A stretch of DNA of 37,529 bases, taken from Acutalibacteraceae bacterium. GTDB taxonomy: Bacteria; Bacillota; Clostridia; Oscillospirales; Acutalibacteraceae. The stretch spans positions 1 to 37,529 of the forward strand of contig JAZSBX010000044.1 of assembly GCA_045602605.1 (NCBI GenBank), written 5' to 3'. Within the stretch, counting starts at the first letter, position 1. The number at the start of each line of letters is the position of its first letter. Below are positions 8,400 through 18,315 of this stretch, piece after piece. The notes under the pieces were generated by a model. The model did no database searches. It saw nothing but the letters and a program-made list of their open reading frames with translations, and was not told where the DNA came from. The translations under genes and the position numbers were made by a program.

Positions 8400-10247
8400 A
8401 TGCCGAAAATAAACGTTTTAAGCAAAAGCGTTGCCGAGCTTATTGCCGCAGGCGAGGTGGTTGAAAGACCTGCCTCGGTGGTTAAGGAACTTGTGGAAAA
8501 TTCTATTGATGCAGGCGCTTCGACTATTACGGTTGAAATTAAAGGCGGCGGCATTTTGTTCCTTAGAATTACCGATAACGGTTGCGGTATTGAAAGGGAG
8601 GATGTTCCCATAGCCTTTTTGCGCCACGCAACCAGCAAAATTAAAAACGAAAATGATTTAAGCGCTATTAACACTTTAGGCTTCCGCGGTGAGGCACTTT
8701 GCGCCGTGGCAGGTGTTTCGAGAGTCGAAATGCTAACCTGTACGGGGGACAGCATTTCGGGCACCCGCTATGTTATTGAGGGCGGCGAGGAAATTGCCTT
8801 TGAGGAGGCTGGCTGTCCTAAAGGCACCACGATTATTGTCAGGGATATTTTCTTTAACGTTCCTGCAAGAATGAAATTCCTTAAAAAGGACGTTACCGAG
8901 GGCAACGCTGTGGCGGCAGTTATGGAAAGAATTGCCCTTTCTCACCCCGAAATTTCCTTTAGATTTATAAGAGATTCCAAAAGTGTTTTTATTACCAAGG
9001 GTGATGCAAATTTAAAGAATGCGGTTTACAGCGTTCTCGGTCGTGAGTTTGCCTCAAATCTCATTGAGGTTCACGGCGAGAACGATGGCATTAAGGTCTG
9101 CGGTCTTGTTTCAAAACCCATAAACTGCAGGACAAGCCGAAACGGTCAGTTTTTCTTTTTAAACAACCGCTTCGTTAAAAGCGGCACCGTAACCGCCGCC
9201 CTTGAACAGGCTTATAAAAATACCGTTATGGTGGGGAAATTCCCCTGTGCGGTGCTTAACGTGAGCGTTCCTTTCGGCAGTGTTGACGTTAACGTGCATC
9301 CTGCTAAAACTGAGGTGCGTTTTTCCGATGAAAGGGCTGTTTTCAACGCCGTTTATTACTCCGTTAAAAACGCCATCGCATTTGGCGACACTCGCCCCGA
9401 AGTAAATCTTAAAAGCAATTCTGTTCAGCCCTTTGCCCGAATGACGGCCGAGGAATATAAACAAACTGCAAGGCAGGACACAAAGCCGAGAAGCTTTGAA
9501 TATATCCCGCCCGCAAAAAACGAGGGAACAAGTTTCACATTAAGTGACATTGTTAAGGCCGAACAGCAAAAGGTGATAATTGAGGCCGAGCCGAAGCCGC
9601 AAGTGATTTCCGAGAAAGCCGAGGTACAGGGCGCCAAGGAGGAAACACCCAAACGGGAGATAGCCGAGCCTCCAAAACCTCAAAAGCAAGTAAGGTACAT
9701 CGGCGAGGCGCTTAAGACCTACATTATCGCAGAGTGCGAAAATCAGGTGTATTTAATTGACAAGCACGCGGCTCACGAAAGAATTAACTATGAGCGACTT
9801 AAATCCACCGAGGAAATTGCGGTGCAGGCGTTGCTGACACCCGTTGCCGTAACACTGCCTTCGGAAGATTATATTCTTATAACCGAAAACACCGATAAAA
9901 TAAGTGAAGCAGGCTTTGAAATGGAGGATTTTGGTAACAACTCGGTTTTAGTAACGGCAATTCCGCAAATGCTTACGGGCCTTGACGTGCAAACCTTGGT
10001 TTTCGATTTGGCCGAAAGCCTTAGTGAGACCAAAACGGCGGTTTTGCCCGCGCAGGAGCGTATTTTCCACACCGTTGCCTGTAAGGCGGCCATTAAGGCA
10101 GGCTACAACACAAGCGCCTTTGAACTTGAAAAACTTGCTAATCGGATTATAAACGATGACAGCATTATGTACTGTCCTCACGGCAGACCCGTGGCAATAA
10201 GGCTCACAAAGAATGAAATTGAAAAACAGTTCGGGAGAATTCAGTAA
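8400..10247 (+). CDS. mutL: DNA mismatch repair protein MutL
   Basis: GHKL ATPase motifs (AAGEVVERPASVVKELVENSIDAG, DNGCGI, LGFRGEAL) and the C-terminal dimerisation/endonuclease region (DKHAAHERI). Started at ATG 8400, with AAGGAG about 9 nt upstream, rather than the GTG at 8391. Confidence 0.95.
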   Translation: MPKINVLSKSVAELIAAGEVVERPASVVKELVENSIDAGASTITVEIKGGGILFLRITDNGCGIEREDVPIAFLRHATSKIKNENDLSAINTLGFRGEALCAVAGVSRVEMLTCTGDSISGTRYVIEGGEEIAFEEAGCPKGTTIIVRDIFFNVPARMKFLKKDVTEGNAVAAVMERIALSHPEISFRFIRDSKSVFITKGDANLKNAVYSVLGREFASNLIEVHGENDGIKVCGLVSKPINCRTSRNGQFFFLNNRFVKSGTVTAALEQAYKNTVMVGKFPCAVLNVSVPFGSVDVNVHPAKTEVRFSDERAVFNAVYYSVKNAIAFGDTRPEVNLKSNSVQPFARMTAEEYKQTARQDTKPRSFEYIPPAKNEGTSFTLSDIVKAEQQKVIIEAEPKPQVISEKAEVQGAKEETPKREIAEPPKPQKQVRYIGEALKTYIIAECENQVYLIDKHAAHERINYERLKSTEEIAVQALLTPVAVTLPSEDYILITENTDKISEAGFEMEDFGNNSVLVTAIPQMLTGLDVQTLVFDLAESLSETKTAVLPAQERIFHTVACKAAIKAGYNTSAFELEKLANRIINDDSIMYCPHGRPVAIRLTKNEIEKQFGRIQ

Positions 10248-11170
10248 TGAATAAGATACCCCTTGTTTGTGTCGTGGGTCCCACCGCATCGGGAAAAACC
10301 TCTCTTGGTGTGGGCCTTGCAAAGCACCTTGGCGGTGAGGTTGTGGGAGCCGACTCAATGCAAATTTACCGTTCAATGCCCATTGCTTCGGCCGTTCCTA
10401 CAATGGAGGAAAGGCAGGGTGTTCCGCACCACCTAATTGAGGTGCTGGATTTTTCGGCTCTCTTTTCGGTTGCCGACTACGTTGAGGCGGCCCACAAAAA
10501 AATCAAAGAAATTTATTCTTCGGGCAAACAGCCCATTTTGGTGGGTGGCACGGGGCTTTATGTTAACAGCCTTGTTGACAACATTCAGTTTGTTTCAGAG
10601 CCTACCGATTTTGCCCTTCGCAAAAGGCTTCAGGCCGAACTTTCGGAATTCGGTCAAGAATATATGCATCAAAGACTCAAGTTAATCGATGAAGCGGCGG
10701 CTCAAAGGCTTCACCCCAACAACACAAGGCGAATTATAAGGGCGCTGGAACTTTTCGAGCTTACGGGGAAAACCATAACCGAACTTGAGGCGGAGTCCCG
10801 CAGTGTGCCCAGCCCCTATAAGGAGGTAATGCTTGGCATCACCTTTGAGGATAGGCAGCTTCTTTATGAGAGAATAAGGCGCCGCGTTGATTTAATGCTT
10901 CAAAACGGCCTTTTAAACGAGGCGCAGGCCACCCTTAATTTAAAGGGCGGCGGTGTTCAGGCCATTGGACACAAGGAGCTTCATAAATATTTGAGGGGCG
11001 AGCTATCTTTAGATGAAGCGGTTGAACTTTTAAAGAGAGAAAGCTGTCACTACGCCAAGCGGCAACTTACCTGGTTTAAAAAGGACAGCAGAATTCATTG
11101 GATTTATGCCGACAAAACCCCCGATGTTTTGTGTGAGGCAAAAAGAATTTTAAAGGAGGCGGGAAAGTAA
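10247..11170 (+). CDS. miaA: tRNA dimethylallyltransferase MiaA
   Basis: 307 aa. P-loop GPTASGKT, then DSMQIYR, PHHLI and GGTGLY. The start overlaps the mutL stop (TAATG). Confidence 0.93.
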   Translation: MNKIPLVCVVGPTASGKTSLGVGLAKHLGGEVVGADSMQIYRSMPIASAVPTMEERQGVPHHLIEVLDFSALFSVADYVEAAHKKIKEIYSSGKQPILVGGTGLYVNSLVDNIQFVSEPTDFALRKRLQAELSEFGQEYMHQRLKLIDEAAAQRLHPNNTRRIIRALELFELTGKTITELEAESRSVPSPYKEVMLGITFEDRQLLYERIRRRVDLMLQNGLLNEAQATLNLKGGGVQAIGHKELHKYLRGELSLDEAVELLKRESCHYAKRQLTWFKKDSRIHWIYADKTPDVLCEAKRILKEAGK

Positions 11171-11171
11171 A

Positions 11172-12377
11172 GTGAAGGATGGCAAATTTTTAAAATTCCT
11201 TTTGGGATTTATTCTCGTTTTGTTTCTTGCCTATCAGATTTACGCCGCGCTCTACCGCCCCATTGAAACCCAAACTGCGGTTTACGGCGAAATGGTGGAG
11301 GGCGTTAATATAAACGCCGTTATTATAAGAGATGAAAGTCTTGTAAATTTTAATTCTTCGGGCGTTTTGCACTTTAATGTTGAAAGTGGAAAGCGAATTG
11401 AGAAAAACGGTGTTATCGCCCACGTTTATTCAGGGGAGGAGCAGTCGGTTGCGGCATCGCAAATAAAGATGCTGGATGCTAAAATTGCCAGCATTCAGGA
11501 GCTTGAAAGCTACAATGCGGTTACGGCGGCCGACCTTGACCTGCTTAACCAAAGGATTAAAGAGTGCCTTAACAAATTAAAGCTGGCCTGTGCTTACGGT
11601 AATTTTAATGAGGCGATGGAAAACTCCGAAGACCTTATGATGATTTTAACCCGCCGACAAATGGTTACCGATGCCACAACCGATTTTTCATTACAACTTA
11701 AAAGTCTTAAGGATGAAAGAGATGCTCTTGCCGCCACACTGACCTCTCCGCAGGGACAAATTTCGGCACACGTTTCGGGCTATTTCATCGATACCGCCGA
11801 TGGCTATGAGGAAATTCTTACCCCTGCTGATATTGAAAAGCTTACCCCCGAAACACTTGACGGTTTAAAACCCGGCACACTTTCAAAAGAGGTGGTGGGA
11901 AAGCTTGTTTCGGATTACAAGTGGTATATTGCCGCCACGGTGAGCGTTAACGATTCCCTTGCCTATAAAACGGGGGATACCCTTACCATCAAAACGAATT
12001 TAAAGGCAAATCCCGAAATTTCGGTTAAGGTTGAGCGTGTTAATATTTCATCGGTCAGCGACCGCGCGGTTATCGTTTTTTCCTGTCAGGAAATGAGTAG
12101 CGAGTTGGCAACCCTCAGAAGCGGCGCAATGACGGTGGTAAACGGAAATTACAAAGGATTAAAGCTTCCCCGCAAGGCCCTTCGCGTTGTGAATTCCAAA
12201 ACGGGAGTTTACGTGCTGTCGGGTATGGAACTTAAATTTGTGGAGGCGGAAATCCTTTATCGTGACGAGGAAACCATAATTTGCAAGTTGTCCAACGACA
12301 GCGCATCGGGGCTTCGCTTATACGATGAGGTTGTGGTGAAAGGAAAGAATCTTTATGACGGAAAAATTATCAATTAA
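11172..12377 (+). CDS. HlyD/membrane-fusion-like protein (N-terminal TM, coiled coil, beta-rich C-terminus). Function unclear.
   Basis: 401 aa. A single N-terminal TM (FLKFLLGFILVLFLAYQIY), then a lipoyl-like beta segment, a long helical region (KMLDAKIASIQELE...LKSLKDERDAL) and a beta-rich C-terminal part. No adjacent ABC or RND partner. Confidence 0.5.
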   Translation: MKDGKFLKFLLGFILVLFLAYQIYAALYRPIETQTAVYGEMVEGVNINAVIIRDESLVNFNSSGVLHFNVESGKRIEKNGVIAHVYSGEEQSVAASQIKMLDAKIASIQELESYNAVTAADLDLLNQRIKECLNKLKLACAYGNFNEAMENSEDLMMILTRRQMVTDATTDFSLQLKSLKDERDALAATLTSPQGQISAHVSGYFIDTADGYEEILTPADIEKLTPETLDGLKPGTLSKEVVGKLVSDYKWYIAATVSVNDSLAYKTGDTLTIKTNLKANPEISVKVERVNISSVSDRAVIVFSCQEMSSELATLRSGAMTVVNGNYKGLKLPRKALRVVNSKTGVYVLSGMELKFVEAEILYRDEETIICKLSNDSASGLRLYDEVVVKGKNLYDGKIIN

Positions 12378-13062
12378 CTTTCTTGAAGCCAATTACAGCG
12401 ATATAAAATCGCGCTTTGATGCGGCCGTTAAGAAAAGCGGCAGGGAAAACGGGCAGGTTATTCTGCTTGCGGCAACCAAAACCGTTGCCCCCGAAATTAT
12501 AAACGAGGTAATAAGCCTTGGAATTACCCACATTGGCGAAAACAGGGTGCAGGAATTTCTTTCAAAGAATGATGCCATAACCGAAAACGTTACCCGACAT
12601 TTTATAGGACATCTTCAGACCAACAAGGTAAAAGACATTGTCGGCAAGGTTTCGATGATTGAATCGGTACATTCCTTAAAGCTGGCAAGAGAAATCGGAA
12701 AATGCTCCGAAAAGCTGGGCATTACCACCGATGTGCTTATTGAAATTAACATTGGCGGCGAGGAATCGAAATCGGGATTTTCACCTGATGAAATTGAAGC
12801 CGCCATTGATGAAATGTCCACCATTCACGGCATTCGCATAAGGGGACTTATGTGCATTCCGCCGATTTGCGAGGAACGGCTTAAAGCACGTGAGTATTTT
12901 AACCGAATGCACAAACTGTTTATTGACATTAGCCTAAAAAAAAGGGATAATGTTAGTATGGAGTTTTTATCAATGGGAATGTCCTCTGATTTTGAGGAGG
13001 CTATTGAATGCGGCTCAAATTTAGTGCGCGTAGGAACCGCGCTTTTCGGAAAAAGAAATTAA
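12355..13062 (+). CDS. yggS: YggS/YlmE-family PLP-binding protein
   Basis: 235 aa. LLAATKTV carries the PLP lysine context, followed by IGENRVQE, HFIGHLQTNK and LSMGMSSDFEEAIECGSNLVRVGTALFG. Overlaps the previous CDS by 23 nt. Confidence 0.85.
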   Translation: MTEKLSINFLEANYSDIKSRFDAAVKKSGRENGQVILLAATKTVAPEIINEVISLGITHIGENRVQEFLSKNDAITENVTRHFIGHLQTNKVKDIVGKVSMIESVHSLKLAREIGKCSEKLGITTDVLIEINIGGEESKSGFSPDEIEAAIDEMSTIHGIRIRGLMCIPPICEERLKAREYFNRMHKLFIDISLKKRDNVSMEFLSMGMSSDFEEAIECGSNLVRVGTALFGKRN

Positions 13063-13080
13063 AAAAAGGAGATTTTTACT

Positions 13081-13548
13081 ATGGGCTTTTTTGACAACAT
13101 TAAAAAACTTGTAAGCGTTGAGGATGATGAGTTTGAAGAGGAGTTGGAATTCGAGGAGGAAGAACCCGTTTCCAAAAAGGAAACCTACCGCGAGCCTAAG
13201 GCCGCAAAGAACGACACTCCCCGCATTTTCCAGAGCGAGCGTAAATCAAAAACCGTTAATTTCACACAGTCTCAAATGCAGGTTGTTCTCGTTAAGCCTG
13301 ACCGCTTTGATGACGTGACCGAAATTGCCGACCATCTTAATGCTAAAAAAACGGTTGTTTTAAACCTTGAAACTGCCAACAGGGAAACCTCACGCCGCAT
13401 TATTGACTTTATCAGCGGCGCAGCCTATGCCAACGGCGCCAGCATTAAAAAGGTTGCCAACAGCACCTTTATAATCGTGCCTGCTAACGTTGACGTTATG
13501 GGCGAACTTATTCCCGATGATTTTGAAGACGGCAGATTTTATATGTAA
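13081..13548 (+). CDS. sepF: Cell division protein SepF
   Basis: 155 aa. Acidic N-terminus, then VVLVKPDRFDDVTEIADHLNAKKTVVLNLE...RIIDFISGAAYA, typical of SepF/YlmF. Confidence 0.85.
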   Translation: MGFFDNIKKLVSVEDDEFEEELEFEEEEPVSKKETYREPKAAKNDTPRIFQSERKSKTVNFTQSQMQVVLVKPDRFDDVTEIADHLNAKKTVVLNLETANRETSRRIIDFISGAAYANGASIKKVANSTFIIVPANVDVMGELIPDDFEDGRFYM

Positions 13549-14285
13549 TGCAAGGGGATATTTTAATTGACAGAGCGCGGGATGCGGTTTTAATTGCCGA
13601 GAGAACCTGCGCGCCCCATTTTATCGGTTTTTTAACCGCCGAGGAAAAGGCAACCCTTTCAAAAACACTTGGCGGTGAAAACATTTCTTTTTACGGAGGC
13701 TACGAGGAAGCCGAGCGTTGCTTTTTCGCGGCGCTGCCCGAGTGGTGCGAAAAGGAAAACCGCGAAATTTTCCCCATCGAGGCCATAACCCTTTCCTTTA
13801 AAGGGGAATATGCTCTTTCCCACCGTGATTTTTTAGGCACTTTAATGTCCCTTGGAATAAAGCGGGAATGTGCTGGTGATATCCTCATAGAAAAGGGCAG
13901 GGCAGTGGTGTTTTTAAGCCGTGATATTCTGGAATTTGTAATGCTTAATCTTACGAAGGTAGGCGGCGTTGGCGTTACCCTCAAAAAAGGTTTTGACACA
14001 CCCCTTCCGGGCCTTGGCCTTCTTCGTGATTTTTCCGACACCGTTTCCTCCCTGCGGCTTGACTGCGTTGTTTCGGCGCTGGCAGGCGTTTCAAGGGCGG
14101 TGGCCTGCCAAATGATTGAGGCAGGTCTTGTGCTTCAAAACGGCGTGCCCGCCGAGAAAATCACAAAATCCGTTTGGCAAAATGATAAAATCACAATTCG
14201 CGGCAAGGGCAAGTTTATCGTTGCCGATGTGAATGACAAAAGCAAAAAGGGCAGAATTATTTTAAAATACAAAAAATACGTTTAA
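13548..14285 (+). CDS. ylmH: YlmH-like RNA-binding (S4 domain) protein
   Basis: 245 aa. Sits after sepF, with a C-terminal S4-like segment (LRLDCVVSALAGVSRAVACQMIEAGLVLQNG). The ATG overlaps the sepF stop. Confidence 0.75.
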   Translation: MQGDILIDRARDAVLIAERTCAPHFIGFLTAEEKATLSKTLGGENISFYGGYEEAERCFFAALPEWCEKENREIFPIEAITLSFKGEYALSHRDFLGTLMSLGIKRECAGDILIEKGRAVVFLSRDILEFVMLNLTKVGGVGVTLKKGFDTPLPGLGLLRDFSDTVSSLRLDCVVSALAGVSRAVACQMIEAGLVLQNGVPAEKITKSVWQNDKITIRGKGKFIVADVNDKSKKGRIILKYKKYV

Positions 14286-14302
14286 GAAGGAGAACGAGTG
14301 TA

Positions 14303-14965
14303 ATGCTTACTGCTGATGAAATCAGAAACATAACATTTTCCTCATCAATGAAGGGCTACAAAAGGGAAGAGGTTGATGAATTCCTTGACCGTGTTGAGGC
14401 CGACTATGAGCAAATTGCATACCAAATTAAGCTGTTGCTCGAAAAGAACGATGAGCTTGAGAAAAAGATTGAGGAAAGCGAAAATGCAAAGGATAGCATT
14501 CAAAGCGTTCTTTTAAGCGCTCAAAAGCTTGCCGACCAGATTATTGCCGATGCCAAAAACCAGGCGGAGGAAATTTTAAGTGCGGCAAAGAGCGAAATTG
14601 AAACCAAAAGGGCTTCACACCTTCAAACACTTAACGACCTTGAAAGGGAGTTTGAGGAGAAGAAGGCTGCAATAACGAAGGATTATGAAGATTTTGAGCA
14701 GGGCTATGAGGATAAAAAGCAGGCAATGCTTTTTGCGGCAAAGCAAAGCGTTCAAAATGAGCAGGCGATTTATGACCGCCTGAAAATTGAGGCGGCCGCA
14801 TTCAGAAGCGACACCCTCATTCGCATAAAATCTTTTGTTAAGGCTGTTTCCGAGCTTCCCGAGGAGGCGCCTATGGATGCAGCTCGTGCGGCAAGGGCTA
14901 TTGAACTTGAATTTGAAAACAATGATGCACTTTTAGAGGAAACTGCCTCTAACAATGCAGAATAA
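14303..14965 (+). CDS. divIVA: DivIVA-family cell division/polarity protein
   Basis: N-terminus MLTADEIRNITFSSSMKGYKREEVDEFLDRVEADYE is the DivIVA lipid-binding domain signature. The remainder is coiled coil. Confidence 0.85.
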   Translation: MLTADEIRNITFSSSMKGYKREEVDEFLDRVEADYEQIAYQIKLLLEKNDELEKKIEESENAKDSIQSVLLSAQKLADQIIADAKNQAEEILSAAKSEIETKRASHLQTLNDLEREFEEKKAAITKDYEDFEQGYEDKKQAMLFAAKQSVQNEQAIYDRLKIEAAAFRSDTLIRIKSFVKAVSELPEEAPMDAARAARAIELEFENNDALLEETASNNAE

Positions 14966-15009
14966 TATATTTTAAAAGCAACGATTTATGTTGAGGAGTT
15001 AGTTACAAA

Positions 15010-17799
15010 ATGGAACAACGCGATTACAATCAGACACTTAATTTACCCAGCACAGAATTTCCTATGCGCGCAGGTCTTCCCGTGCGTGAGCCCGAGGCTC
15101 TGCGCAAATGGCAGGAAAGCGACCTTTATCACGAAATTATCAAGCGCAACGAGGGAAAGCCGCTTTACGTTTTGCACGATGGCCCTCCCTATGCCAACGG
15201 TATTATTCACCTTGGCACCGCTTTAAACAAATCCTTAAAGGATTTTGTTGTGCGCTATAAGAATATGACGGGCTTTAAGGCGCCCTTCGTTCCCGGTTAT
15301 GACACCCACGGCCTTCCTACCGAGCTTAAGGCAAGAAAGGCTGCAGGTATGAAATCGGGAGAAATGATTTCCCCCCTAGAGCTTCGCAAAATGTGCCGCG
15401 AGTTTGCAATTAACTTTGCAGAGGAGCAAAGAAAGCAGTTTGAGCGACTGGGCGTTCTGGGTGAATGGGAAGACCCCTATTTAACCCTTAAAAATGAATA
15501 TGTTGCAAAGCAGGTTGAGGTTTTCGGCGAAATGGCCGAAAAGGGCTACATTTACAAGGGCTTAAAGCCTGTTTATTGGTGCCCCGAATGTCAAACGGCG
15601 CTGGCCGAGGCTGAAATTGAATATGCCGAGGACCCTTGCTATTCAATCTACGTTAAGTTCCCCGTTAAAGAGGATAAGGGACTGCTTAGCGCAATGGGCG
15701 CCGACCTTTCAAAAACCTACTTCGTAATCTGGACCACCACCACCTGGACACTTCCTGCAAACCTTGCGATTTGCGTTGGCCCTGAATATGAATACAGCGT
15801 TGTTAAATGCGGCGATGAAAACTATATTATGGCAACCGAACTCTTTAAAGGCGCTCTTGAGGCTGCTGAAATTTCCGATTATGAGGTTATCGGCACCATT
15901 AAGGGTCGCGACCTTGAATATATGGTTGCAACCCATCCCTTTATGAACCGCGATTCCCTTATTATCGTGGGCGACCACGTAACACTTGAGAGTGGTACAG
16001 GCTGCGTTCACACAGCCCCCGGTCACGGTGTTGATGACTTTGAAGTTTGCCGCAGATACAAGGAAATCGGAATAACGGTTCCCGTTGACAACAAGGGTAT
16101 GATGACCGAGGAGGCAGGCCCCTTTGCAGGTGTTACCACCGATGAAGCCAACAAGAAAATTGCAATTTGGCTTGAGGAAAACGGCTACCTCTTTGCGCTT
16201 AAAAAGATAATTCACCAATATCCCCATTGCTGGAGATGTAAAAAGCCTATTTTATTCCGCGCAACCGAGCAATGGTTCTGCTCAATTTCCGATTTTGCCA
16301 AGCAGGCAGTTGAGGAAATCGGTAAGGTTCGCTGGGTTCCCGAATGGGGCGAAAACCGTATTTCGGGAATGGTTATGGACAGAAGCGACTGGTGTATTTC
16401 ACGTCAGCGCACCTGGGGCGTTCCCATTCCGATTTTCTACTGCAAGGAATGCGGCAAGGAATACATTTCCAAAGAGTCTATCGCCAAGGTTGCCGAAATT
16501 TTCAGAGAAAAGGGCGCCGATGCCTGGCATGAACTTGATGCTAAAGATTTAATGCCCGAAAATGCAGTTTGCACCTGCGGTCACACCGAGTTCAAAAAGG
16601 AAACTGATATTATGGATGTCTGGTTTGACTCGGGTGTTTCCCACGCGGCAGTTTTAGACACAAGAGATTATTTAAAGAGTCCCGCCGACCTTTATCTGGA
16701 GGGCGCCGACCAATACAGAGGCTGGTTCCAGTCATCACTTCTTACAAACGTTGCCACCAAGGGCGTTGCCCCCTATAAAACCGTTGTAACCCACGGCTGG
16801 GTTGTTGACGGCGAGGGCAAGAAAATGTCCAAATCCATTGGTAACGTTATCATTCCCGATGATGTTGTTAAGCAGTACGGCGCCGATATTTTAAGACTGT
16901 GGGTTGCTTCATCCGACTATCACGCCGACATTCGCGTTTCAAATGATATCTTAAAACAGCTTTCCGAGGCTTACAGAAAAATCCGTAACACAGCCCGCTT
17001 TATTCTTGGCTGTATCAGCGACTTTAACCCCGATACCGACAGCGTAGATGACAGCGCATTTACGGAAATTGACCGTTTTGCCCTTGCCCGAATGAATGAG
17101 CTTGTTCGCACCTGCCGCAAGGCCTACGATAACTTTGAATATCATTTGGTTTATCACGCAGTTCACAACTTCTGCGTTCTTGATATGTCAAACTTCTACC
17201 TTGACGTGCTTAAAGACAGGCTTTATGTTGAGAACAAGAATTCCGTAACCCGCCGCGCAGCGCAAACGGTGATTTACCGTATTCTTGACACATTAACCCT
17301 TCTTGTTGCCCCAATTCTTGCCTTCACATCAGATGAAATCTGGCAGTTTATGCCCCATTCAGCCGACCGCGATGCAAGAAATGTTATGTTTAACGATATG
17401 CCCGAGGCAACCGATAATGTTGATAATGAGCTTCTTGCCCGTTGGGAGAAAATTCACGCAGTTCGTGATGACGTTAAAAAGGCGCTTGAGCTTGCCCGCG
17501 CAGATAAGGTTATAGGCGCCTCCCTTGATGCTTCGGTTACCATTTTTGCTGATGGCGAAACCTATGATTTTATAAGTTCCATCAGCGACATTTTGCCCGG
17601 TGTTCTCATTGTGTCTGACCTTGCAATTAGCAAAGGCGGACAGGGCGAGTTTAAGGGTGAGCAGGATTTCACCGTTACCGTTAAGCATGCCGAGGGTAAA
17701 AAATGCGCCCGTTGTTGGGCTTATTCAAATACAGTTGGCACCGTTAGCGGCAGTGAGGATATTTGCCAGCGCTGTGCCAGAGTTTTGGAGGAACAATAA
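15010..17799 (+). CDS. ileS: Isoleucine--tRNA ligase
   Basis: 929 aa. HIGH-type motif (PPYANGIIHLGTALNK), KMSKS (GKKMSKSIGN), CP1 editing region, and a C-terminal zinc-binding CARCW...CQRC. Confidence 0.97.
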   Translation: MEQRDYNQTLNLPSTEFPMRAGLPVREPEALRKWQESDLYHEIIKRNEGKPLYVLHDGPPYANGIIHLGTALNKSLKDFVVRYKNMTGFKAPFVPGYDTHGLPTELKARKAAGMKSGEMISPLELRKMCREFAINFAEEQRKQFERLGVLGEWEDPYLTLKNEYVAKQVEVFGEMAEKGYIYKGLKPVYWCPECQTALAEAEIEYAEDPCYSIYVKFPVKEDKGLLSAMGADLSKTYFVIWTTTTWTLPANLAICVGPEYEYSVVKCGDENYIMATELFKGALEAAEISDYEVIGTIKGRDLEYMVATHPFMNRDSLIIVGDHVTLESGTGCVHTAPGHGVDDFEVCRRYKEIGITVPVDNKGMMTEEAGPFAGVTTDEANKKIAIWLEENGYLFALKKIIHQYPHCWRCKKPILFRATEQWFCSISDFAKQAVEEIGKVRWVPEWGENRISGMVMDRSDWCISRQRTWGVPIPIFYCKECGKEYISKESIAKVAEIFREKGADAWHELDAKDLMPENAVCTCGHTEFKKETDIMDVWFDSGVSHAAVLDTRDYLKSPADLYLEGADQYRGWFQSSLLTNVATKGVAPYKTVVTHGWVVDGEGKKMSKSIGNVIIPDDVVKQYGADILRLWVASSDYHADIRVSNDILKQLSEAYRKIRNTARFILGCISDFNPDTDSVDDSAFTEIDRFALARMNELVRTCRKAYDNFEYHLVYHAVHNFCVLDMSNFYLDVLKDRLYVENKNSVTRRAAQTVIYRILDTLTLLVAPILAFTSDEIWQFMPHSADRDARNVMFNDMPEATDNVDNELLARWEKIHAVRDDVKKALELARADKVIGASLDASVTIFADGETYDFISSISDILPGVLIVSDLAISKGGQGEFKGEQDFTVTVKHAEGKKCARCWAYSNTVGTVSGSEDICQRCARVLEEQ

Positions 17800-18315
17800 T
17801 TGGTAAGTTATATTTTAGCGGTTCTTGCCGCAGTTGGAATTTTTGTTGCCGACCGCCTTACAAAGGCCTATGTTGTAGGTGAGTTTGCTTTGGCCGAGTC
17901 CCGCACCTTTATTCCCGGAATTCTCGATTTCACTTATGTTCACAACAAGGGTGGCGCTTGGGGACTGCTGAGCGGTCACACCTGGCTTCTTGTTTCCCTC
18001 ACCGTTATTGTGATGATAATCTGCCTTTCCCTTCTTATAACAAAGGGACCTAAAAACAAGCCCCTTTTTTGGGCAATTACCCTGGTGCTTTCGGGTGGAC
18101 TTGGAAATTTAGTTGACCGCATTTTTAACGATGGCACGGTAATTGATTTTTTACACCTGAATTTTATGCCCGATTTCCCTGTTTTCAACGTTGCCGACTG
18201 CGCAGTTGTAATCGGCGCGCTGCTTCTTGTATTATATCTCATTATTGATATAACAATCGACCACCGCAAGGTGAGTGCCGAAAGCCTAAAGAAGGAAAAC
18301 GCTTCAAATGATTAA
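17800..18315 (+). CDS. lspA: Lipoprotein signal peptidase II
   Basis: 171 aa with four TM segments, NKGGAWG and NLVDRI...VIDF...FPVFNVAD motifs. TTG start 8 nt after GGAGG. Confidence 0.85.
   Translation: MVSYILAVLAAVGIFVADRLTKAYVVGEFALAESRTFIPGILDFTYVHNKGGAWGLLSGHTWLLVSLTVIVMIICLSLLITKGPKNKPLFWAITLVLSGGLGNLVDRIFNDGTVIDFLHLNFMPDFPVFNVADCAVVIGALLLVLYLIIDITIDHRKVSAESLKKENASND

Noticed and set aside
11171-11171. An expected hfq after miaA, as in many Firmicutes.
   Set aside because: No Sm-like small ORF lies between miaA and the next gene. miaA is followed after 1 nt by the HlyD-like CDS. I record this as an absence, not as a feature.
15709-16227. Long antisense ORFs in the track, for example 15709-16227(-), 26508-27059(-), 22541-22993(-), 36544-37005(-), 9948-10376(-), 8378-8764(-) and 2304-2723(-).
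   Set aside because: Each lies opposite a CDS carrying unmistakable family motifs (ileS, DUF4886, phosphatidyltransferase, DAHP synthase, mutL, nhaC-like). None has an RBS, and their translations are low-complexity or motif-free. I treat them as shadow ORFs.
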